A stretch of DNA of 54,143 nucleotides from Mytilus trossulus (lineage: Eukaryota), in assembly GCF_036588685.1 (NCBI RefSeq), contig NC_086382.1:50143235-50197377 (forward strand), read 5' to 3'. A program made the translations under genes and the position numbers. Position 1 is the stretch's first letter; each line of letters starts with the position of its first letter. The notes below the pieces were generated by a model, which worked only from the letters and a program-made list of their open reading frames with translations, did not search any database and was not told where the DNA came from. Below, one piece after another: positions 46,909 through 54,143 of the stretch.

Positions 46909-47871
46909 GTACACAGATAAATAATAGAGGCCTCCAAATGGTTTTAATATAACCAGTACATTCTTTTTTTCACTAAGAAATAAAATAATGCAGAATATTC
47001 TTGATATATGGGGTCCACCTTGTAATACTTTTACCAGATAAGCAAGTTATCAATATGTATTAGTTTTTTATGTATTTTGAATGGTATAACAGAATAATTA
47101 GGGGTAATACTTGTGACATGAGCTCACTGTGGTAGGTCAGAGTACACAGTTATTTAGTTGTGCATTTCTTTTAGACAATAAATGGAAATAAAAAAATCCC
47201 ACCTGCGCTTTCTCAATAAAATTTTACAGTGTGTTGTACTACTTTTAAGACAAATTCTATCAAAATTATAGAAACTTCATCAGCTCTAACTCAAACTATG
47301 GACAATTTCATGTATAGGGGGTCTTGAAATCTTTTGACTGCTTCGGAAATGCTAAATTTTGACCTTTTTCAACTGGAGCAAATCACTACTTTACATTATA
47401 ATTCATGAATCAAATTTTTTTACAGTGTAATTCTGTCCCCGTTCTTGCTACTTGAGGCATAAAACATAAAGAAATAAATTGGAAAGGGGGATAAAAAAAA
47501 TTGACAAGTAACACACTGTCCACACTAAGGACTATATTTGTGGACAACGAAAATCAAGGGAGGATAACTGTGTACTCGGACCAGTACATAGATTGACAAT
47601 TCTTAATAGACAAAACAAAGGATATGGGGTATCCATCCATGACACAAAATCAGTAAATGCACAGCAAAAAATAAAAAGGCAAACAGTCCATTTATTGTTG
47701 TTTTTTCTTCTCAAATTCACAGTTAGGCCTTCAACATGGAGCAAAGAAACTCCCTTCCTAATGCAAGTCCAAGACAACCCCCAGCACTGGTCATAGTTAA
47801 GTATTGTTTACATACCACAATATAATGTACGATTTAATGATATTTTACGTTTTTTATTTTAATTTCTACAG

Positions 47872-48019
47872 GATGATGAATATGTAATTTACAATACAAA
47901 CCAGCAAATCGTAGAGTACTTAGTGGAGTTTTCTATGGAAGGGGATATCAAACAATCGTTTAACATAGAATCAATGTCCACCATGGAAGAAGATGTAGAT
48001 TTAGATGTTAACCAGCAAA
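47872..48019 (+). CDS. PARP4: PARP4-like exon: end of catalytic domain containing the catalytic Glu (DDEYVIY), phase 0 in to phase 1 out
   Basis: Translation DDEYVIYNTNQQIVEYLVEFSMEGDIKQSFNIESMSTMEEDVDLDVNQQ aligns to my recollected human DDEFVVYKTNQVKMKYIIKFSMPGDQIK. Acceptor ttctacAG at 47870-47871, donor AAA|GTAAAAT at 48020. Confidence 0.7.
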
Positions 48020-48487
48020 GTAAAATTATTATTTAATATCCCTTTTGCAGTAAGCACTAAACATCTTAAAGGAAAAGGAAAATATTTAATTAGTGTGAAT
48101 TTCATAATTAAGTGCTTATATACCTCTAAATTTAAATATAATATTTAAAAAAAAAAAATTGACAGAATAAAATATTCACTGAATAGACTAAAACTGATGG
48201 CCGTATTAATTATAGTCATTTCCATCCCATTACTTACTTACTCTTATGGCAATTGTGACTTTAAAATTTTTTCTAAAGATTAAACATAATTGATTTACTT
48301 TAGAAAATCATTTCAGCCTCAAGTAGAAAATATCAGAAAGATTTTAACTTAACTGTTGACAAAATAATTTTGCAACTGGACATGTAGCAAACAACAATCA
48401 AACTAATTTAGGAAAGTTTTAAACTTAATTGTATATTTCTTTAGTGCAGATTGCAATAACTGTTTTAAATATCCTTTTATATTTCAG

Positions 48488-48621
48488 TTGACTTAAAAGA
48501 TGTTTCTGGAATAAAGAATCCGATGGACAAAGTAGAACCAGGATTGGTATCTACCTCAGGAGAATCATGTGTTTTGAAATCAGTCCATATCAGAGCTCAG
48601 CTAATGGACTTGGCCTCAAAG
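48488..48621 (+). CDS. PARP4: PARP4-like exon: linker and start of VIT domain, phase 1 in to phase 0 out
   Basis: A+TT gives Ile. Translation IDLKDVSGIKNPMDKVEPGLVSTSGESCVLKSVHIRAQLMDLASK aligns to my recollected human ..LVPLEDVHIKGRIIDTVAQ. Acceptor tatttcAG at 48486-48487, donor AAG|GTATGA at 48622. Confidence 0.65.
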
Positions 48622-49546
48622 GTATGATTAACATGTAAATAAGCTTAAGTCCATATCAGAGCTCAGCTTATGGAATTGGCCTCAAAGGTATTAATTATAC
48701 CATAAGCACCTTACTTAGAAAAATATTTGAAATCTATTCACATTGCTGGACATAATAAACTACAGTATGCTGTTTGACAATTTTCTTGAAGGAATGACCT
48801 TTATTCTGGCTTCAAAAGTTTATAAGAGTTGGACCCCTTTAATAATGTATTCTGATTGTTCTCTTCCCTGTGAATGCCTATTTCCTTATTTTACTGTGAC
48901 ATATCAATAACTGTTTCAATTTTAAGAGTCCAGTAGACAAAATCAATAATTTGTAGTAAAATCTGAATAAGTTTAACTTTTATGAAATGGACAGGACTTT
49001 AGTAGCAGAAATTTTATTTCAATTTATCAAACAAAATACAAATGGAATGATATCACAGAAGGGTATTTGTATAATGGTAAATAAAAAAAAATAAAATAAG
49101 TAGATATAGGGAGATGTGGTATGAGTTCCAATAAGTCAACTCTCCATCCAAGTCACAATTTACAAAAACAAACCATTATAGGTCAAGGTACGGTCTTCAA
49201 CATGGAGCCTTGAACAATGAGTCCACTGAAAACAGCAAGCTATAAAGGGCCAAAACAATTACTTTATCACACAATCAACCATTAATTTTCCAAATTTCAA
49301 TGCTTGCAAAAACTGATTGAAGGAAACTTATGCCATTGTGAAATAAAGAAAAGACAGGTTAAGAAATTGAATTGGAACAATGTTGTTGGGTTTTTTTGTA
49401 GTTTAGAAAATTTTCAAGAACAGTTTGGTTTTACACAGTCATCCTCCCAACACAAGGTTCTGTTCAGACCAGTTTTGTTGTAATTATACTTTGAAAGCCA
49501 ATTATGTCTTGGAAAGATCTTTCTCTAATGGTACTTTATATTTTAG

Positions 49547-49771
49547 GTTGTAGTGCTACAAGAGTACCACAACACTAGTACCTCTACTCTCGAAGCTAAG
49601 TATGTGTTCCCATTAGATGATATGGCTGCTGTTTGTGGATTTGAAGCTTTTATTAACGGTAAACATATCGTGGGAGAAGTAAAGGAGAAGGAGACCGCTC
49701 ACAAGGAATACAAGAAGGCAATAAGTGAAGGACATGGAGCCTATCTCATGGATCAGGATGAAGAAACTCCG
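49547..49771 (+). CDS. PARP4: PARP4-like exon: VIT domain core, phase 0
   Basis: Translation VVVLQEYHNTSTSTLEAKYVFPLDDMAAVCGFEAFINGKHIVGEVKEKETAHKEYKKAISEGHGAYLMDQDEETP, versus my recollected human ..EAKYIFPLDDKAAVCGFEAFINGKHIVGEIKEKEEAQQEYLEAVTQGHGAYLMSQDAP. Acceptor tattttAG at 49545-49546, donor CCG|GTACAT at 49772. Confidence 0.85.
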
Positions 49772-50370
49772 GTACATTTTATAATCGGCTGTTTCAGAAT
49801 CTAAAGGACTATGGGTAACTCAATTGTTTGTACCCAAAATCGAAAATAACACCATGTCATTGGTCTAATTCCTATTGTTTCGAACAGTTTATAACAATCA
49901 TGACACTTTGGTGTACACTTATGAAAATATTACCCAGAATGCATTAGATTCTTAAACAGCCAATTATATACTTGATGTTTTAGTTTTATTCTACTCATTA
50001 TTTTGTTGTTGTCTTGTTTCTATTTTCCCACATCTCCTGTTAGTAATACTTCAGGAATAATGTTTTAACAGTATATATTTGTACCTTTTTAATGTGTATG
50101 GTTAAATTAATGAGTCAACTGTGAGTTAAATTATTATATAAAACATTCGGTGTCATCAAATTCAAATATATTAAAGGATCTTTTTGAACACACAGGTCAT
50201 GTAAACATTTACAACACAGTGCACAGATCAATTTGTTAGCCAACTTTACATATATAAATTGACATCAAATTTCTAAATATAGTGAAGATTTATAAGATGC
50301 CGTTATAATTTGTATGCTATGTGTCTTTTATGAAGAAAATTTACTTATAAATCTTTCTTGTTTCTGGCAG

Positions 50371-50526
50371 GATGTATTTACTGTCAGTGTCGGTAATTTG
50401 CCACCAGGGTGTGTGGCCCTTATCAAGATAACTTATGTATCAGAATTACAAGTAGAAGGAGAATTGATTAACTTCACAATTCCTGGATCTGTGGCTCCTT
50501 GGAAACAGGAAGCCAGTAATACTGAG
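50371..50526 (+). CDS. PARP4: PARP4-like exon: VIT domain continuation, phase 0
   Basis: Translation DVFTVSVGNLPPGCVALIKITYVSELQVEGELINFTIPGSVAPWKQEASNTE, versus my recollected human DVFTVSVGNLPPKAKVLIKITYITELSILG..ATVAPWQQDKALNE. Acceptor tttctggcAG at 50369-50370, donor GAG|GTAAGG at 50527. Confidence 0.85.
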
Positions 50527-50801
50527 GTAAGGGAGATAACAAGAGCAGAGGGTGAAATAATAAATACTTTCATATTCCTATTGAATCAGGAAGATAGAAA
50601 TATTTTTATTGGGATATCTTTTCGGAAGATGATGATATTAAATACAAACATTTATAAAAAAAATGAAATATAAGTTTGTCATAGAAGAAAAGTTCATTTG
50701 AATCTACAGATTTCATTTTAGAATTAGAATTTTATATTGGACAGAGAGCTGAGTTATAGTTTTATTGAAACACGTATGTTGTCATTGTACATGTATTACA
50801 G

Positions 50802-50891
50802 GGTGATGACAGCTGTACCATCAAAGTGTCAATACAGATGCCATTTGATATCAGAACAGTAACATGTCCAACTCATAAAATTATGAAAAAG
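50802..50891 (+). CDS. PARP4: PARP4-like exon, phase 0
   Basis: Acceptor gtattacAG at 50800-50801. Translation GDDSCTIKVSIQMPFDIRTVTCPTHKIMKK, versus my recollected human SFSLTMSIEMPYVIEFIFSDTHELKQK. Donor AAG|GTAAGT at 50892. Confidence 0.7.
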
Positions 50892-51017
50892 GTAAGTAAC
50901 TCTCTTTATGTTGCTTGAGGAATTTTTCTGTGCATGGTTTTATTTTTCAGCTATGAAAATCTTTCAAATTTTGACAAATTGAGTGTTTTGAAATGTCTGA
51001 TATTTTCAAGCTCCTTT

Positions 51018-51300
51018 TTATGCCCCACCTACGATAGTAGAGGGGCATTATGTTTTCTGGTCTGTGCCTCCGTTCATCTGTCTGTGTGTCCGTTCGTCCA
51101 TGCGTCCGTTCGCTTCAGGTTAAAGTTTTTGGTCAAGGTAGTTTTTGATGAAGTTAAAGTTACATCAACTTGAAACTTAGTACACATGTTCCCTATGATA
51201 TGATTTTTCTAGTTTTAATTCCAAATTAAAGTTTTGACCCCAATTTTCACGGTCCACTGAACATAGAAAATGATAGTGCAAGTGGGGCATCCATGTACTA
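51018..51300. mobile_element. MITE of about 280 bp with termini TATGCCCCAC / GTGGGGCATC and a TCCGTTCG-rich tract, related to the repeat families at 36150-37900 and 41035-41095
   Basis: ttatgccccacctacgatagtagaggggcatta...gtgcctccgttcatctgtctgtgtgtccgttcgtccatgcgtccgttcgcttcaggttaaagttttt...gtgcaagtggggcatcc. It lies in a PARP4 intron. The ORF-track protein 50934..51173 is an artefact of this element. Confidence 0.5.
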
Positions 51301-51654
51301 TGGACACATTCTTGTTAGCTTGATGGATTAGAAAACCATAAGTATCATAAGACTTACATATAGCATTCTTCAAATGTTATATAGACCTTATCTTTTTTTA
51401 TCAGCAGATTTGCTTTTTTTATTGTGTTTTTGTTAACTTCATCATTTTTAATACATATTTGAAGACTGCCAAATTTGACTCGTTTGATATTCAAAAGAAT
51501 ATTAAGATAATAGCAACAGCAGTTCAAAGATCAGTTCTATTTTGAAAAAATACAAAATATGAATTGAATGGAATAACAAGATAGCTTTATATTGATTAAT
51601 TTTCTGTAAGTATATATAGAAATGAAGTAAAGTTTGTGGGTATTTTTGTTTCAG

Positions 51655-51792
51655 AGTACAGCTACAAGATGTACAGTTTCAATGACAGAAGGACAGACTA
51701 TTTCCGATGGATTTCAATTGCTGATAGGACTGGCTGAGATACATGTACCAAGGATGTGGGTCGAGGTAGATAATGAAGGCAAACAAACTGAG
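51655..51792 (+). CDS. PARP4: PARP4-like exon, phase 0
   Basis: Acceptor tttgtttcAG at 51653-51654. Translation STATRCTVSMTEGQTISDGFQLLIGLAEIHVPRMWVEVDNEGKQTE, versus my recollected human TDCKAVISTMEGSSLDSSGFSLHIGLSAAYLPRMWVEKHPEKESE. Donor GAG|GTACAT at 51793. Confidence 0.8.
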
Positions 51793-52074
51793 GTACATTA
51801 TCAAAAGATGGGGAAATAGCTAGTTAAGTATGTGCAAAACAATTTCTTCATTTTTCAAAGTCAATTCATGGCCAAATATTAATTATAAATTATATTATCC
51901 ATATAAAAAGGTTCGAATATGTAATCCAAAAAGTATGACCTTTTTAACTTCTTATGTGAACTCTCAGAACTAAATTTTGTAACCTTTCAACACTTACATA
52001 GGGGGTAAAAAAAGGAACCATGAAAGTTATGAACTCTTGGTGGTAAAAAAATTCCATCTTTTACATATTTTTAG

Positions 52075-52261
52075 GCAGCCATGTTGACATTTTATCCAGA
52101 ATTTGAAGCGGCAGAAGACAACGAAACAGAAATAATACTTGTCCTTGACCTTTCAAATTCAATGAAGGGGAAAGCTTTGTTAGAAGCCAAGAAAATTTTG
52201 CTGCTAACACTGAATCATCTGTCAGCACATACTCTGTTTAACATTGTATTATTTGGCACAT
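52075..52261 (+). CDS. PARP4: PARP4-like exon: start of vWA domain with the MIDAS-like DxSxS motif, phase 0 in to phase 1 out
   Basis: Translation AAMLTFYPEFEAAEDNETEIILVLDLSNSMKGKALLEAKKILLLTLNHLSAHTLFNIVLFGT, versus my recollected human ACMLVFQPDLDVDLPDLASESEVIICLDCSSSMEGVTFLQAKQIALHALSLVGEKQKVNIIQFGT. Acceptor ttttAG at 52073-52074, donor ACAT|GTAAGT at 52262. Confidence 0.85.
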
Positions 52262-52611
52262 GTAAGTACTGGTACTTGAATAGGTGTCTTAAAATGTTGC
52301 GGTCCTGAATGATCCTAAATTATATTTCATGCTTGGTGTTTTACTTTTACAAATTATGACTTGTCAAAGGTAGCAAGAGGTCAATGTCAAAGGTAGAAAG
52401 AGGTCAATTTCAAAAGAAGTGGGAGGTCAATGTCACAGCTTTACAAATATATCTATAACAATGCATCATCTTTTAATATGAATATATCATCGGTAGCTGT
52501 TCATTTGTAATACTGTACAGTATATGTAATAGTTTACAGTATATGTATATGTAACAAAAAATGCCCATTTTAAAAGTTTCTCTTGTAATTATAAATTGTC
52601 AATTTAAACAG

Positions 52612-52685
52612 GTTACAGAGAATTATTTCCTACAGGCCAGAAAAAGTCCAAGTCAACTCTGAAAATTGCTGAGCAATTTGTTAAG
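52612..52685 (+). CDS. PARP4: PARP4-like exon: vWA, phase 1 in to phase 0 out
   Basis: T+GT gives Cys. Translation CYRELFPTGQKKSKSTLKIAEQFVK, versus my recollected human GYKELFSYPKHITSNTMAAEFIM. Acceptor taaacAG at 52610-52611, donor AAG|GTATGT at 52686. Confidence 0.7.
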
Positions 52686-53019
52686 GTATGTTAAAATCTC
52701 AAACTCAGTTCAATATGCATTATATCAAGGGCACTAAAATTTGACGTGCAGCCTCTTATGTAAAACAGATCTACATTCAAAGAGGTAGCATAGAGTTAAA
52801 CTTGGTTTCTGAACTTTTTTTGGGTAGGAAGCTAGGAAAATTTAAAAAAAGGATAAAATGTGATGAACATGTCTCATATACTTCCTGTGTTTAATGTTTA
52901 TTTCTAATTTTCTTTTCATTTAATGTTTAATCGTCCTGATTATGCATGAAATATTTGCCACTCGTTGTTAAGCAACCTACAATCAATCAATCAAATAATG
53001 TAAATACAGTGCAACCTGA

Positions 53020-53345
53020 CTAATCCTAAACCTGAGTATTCCAATATCCGGCATTAACTGACACTGACATCATGGTCCAAATAAATTCCTAGCCTTGCAG
53101 AAAAAAAATGAGTATTCCAACATCCTGCATTAACTGACACTGACATCATGGTCCCAATAAATTCCTATCCTTGCAGAAAAAAACCGTGTATTCCAACATC
53201 CTGCATTAACTGACACTGACATCATGGTCCCGATAAATTCCTATCCTTGCAGAAAAAAACTGAGTATTCCAACATCCTGCATTAACTGACACTGACATCA
53301 TGGTCCCAATAAATTCCTATCCTTGCAGAAAAAAAACTGAGTATT
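53020..53345. repeat. Intronic minisatellite with a 75-bp unit, about 4.5 copies
   Basis: (a)aaaaaa.tgagtattccaacatcctgcattaactgacactgacatcatggtcccaataaattcctatccttgcag repeats head to tail. Each unit ends in a pyrimidine tract followed by CAG. Confidence 0.85.
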
Positions 53346-53618
53346 CTGACACCCTGCTCAATCCAACATTTTTTTTCTGGTCCCCCAGTGTGTCGGATAA
53401 CACAGGTTACACCGTATATTGAAAAAGTTTTCATATTCAGTGAGTAGCATTTATGAATACTTACAATCTGTTGTTTACAGTAAATCTTGATGAGACTCCT
53501 CTGTATAACATTAATATAAGTATCTTTACAGATTAAAATGATATAAGCATATGCATTACTCATCCTTTTCTACACAACTTGACTTGTTTCCTTCCAATTC
53601 TGTCTTTTTTGTTTTTAG

Positions 53619-53806
53619 GATATCCAAGCCAACATGGGTAGCACAGAGGTATATCGTCCCCTCCACAGTTTCTTCCTTCTTAAGCCAGAGAACTCATTAA
53701 GAAATGTCTTTATATTATCTGACGGCCATATTAACAATGAGGAGACGACTCTTAAAGCTGTTCGTGACAACTGTCAACACACAAGGATCTTTACATTCGG
53801 TGTCAG
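53619..53806 (+). CDS. PARP4: PARP4-like exon: vWA continuation, phase 0 in to phase 2 out. The gene continues beyond the window end.
   Basis: Translation DIQANMGSTEVYRPLHSFFLLKPENSLRNVFILSDGHINNEETTLKAVRDNCQHTRIFTFGV, versus my recollected human ..WKTLRYLSLLYPARGSRNILLVSDGHLQDESLTLQLVKRSRPHTRLFACGIG. Acceptor gtttttAG at 53617-53618, donor CAG|GTAACT at 53807. Confidence 0.8.
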
Positions 53807-54143
53807 GTAACTGTAGAGAAAACTTTTATATTAAAAGATAATTTAGTGTTTTGTTTGTCATGTTTGCACCACTGCTTTATTTTAGGCAGATTGGCACTTA
53901 AATTTAGATCTACTACAGTAATGAAAAGTTGCTTGCTGAAATGTAAAAAGATTGCCATTTGTCCCTTTCTAATAGATCCTGCGGAAATTTCTCATAGACA
54001 AGGAAGGTTAAAATTTTATGTTCCTTACGGTAACAAGAATATATTAAAAGCTATGTATATTTCTTTTTAATTTGAATATTTTCAACATGTACCGTATGTA
54101 TTTTTGAAAAAAGAAAAAAAAGTCTATTGTCATAAATACTAAT

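Overview
This 54 kb window is AT-rich, intron-containing, repeat-dense metazoan nuclear DNA. Its repeat landscape (many SINE/MITE families, intronic satellites) and gene content suggest a mollusc, probably a bivalve; that attribution is inference. I see no prokaryotic features: no operons, CRISPR arrays or rRNA. Two protein-coding genes can be reconstructed on the + strand by hand splicing, with GT-AG boundaries that are phase-consistent.

Gene 1 (7243-19015) is a secreted mucin-like protein in 3 exons. It has a signal peptide, a PAN/apple domain, an EGF-like domain, and about 2400 aa of Thr/Ser-rich tandem repeat. The repeat unit is 120 aa (360 bp), organised into 720 bp higher-order repeats, with a 1.09 kb near-identical internal duplication. 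A decayed repeat tail with three in-frame stops follows the stop codon.

Gene 2 (at least 31170 to beyond 54143) is an ortholog of vault poly(ADP-ribose) polymerase, PARP4. The evidence is 18 coding exons that read collinearly across the BRCT C-terminal half, the PARP helical and catalytic domains with the H-Y-E triad, and the VIT and vWA domains. Its 5-prime exon(s) are unresolved and the gene runs off the 3-prime end of the window.

The rest of the window is mobile-element and satellite sequence:
- a 79 bp satellite (positions 1-1000)
- at least three tRNA-related SINE-like families
- several MITE families with recognisable TIRs
- a hAT transposase remnant with ACGGGTG subterminal repeats
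- a composite element of about 3 kb with direct terminal repeats, a 14 bp-stem hairpin, a GC-rich (TCCGTCG)n tract and an internal 4 x 480 bp satellite
- an 830 bp near-perfect palindrome embedded in a 190 bp tandem array
- a 1.5 kb segmental duplication flanking exon 1 of the mucin gene, one copy of which carries a dated 450 bp SINE insertion with a TTATC target-site duplication

The most unusual structural observation is a 4-fold tandem duplication of the splice acceptor plus the 5-prime part of the PARP4 BRCT exon (30652-31170).
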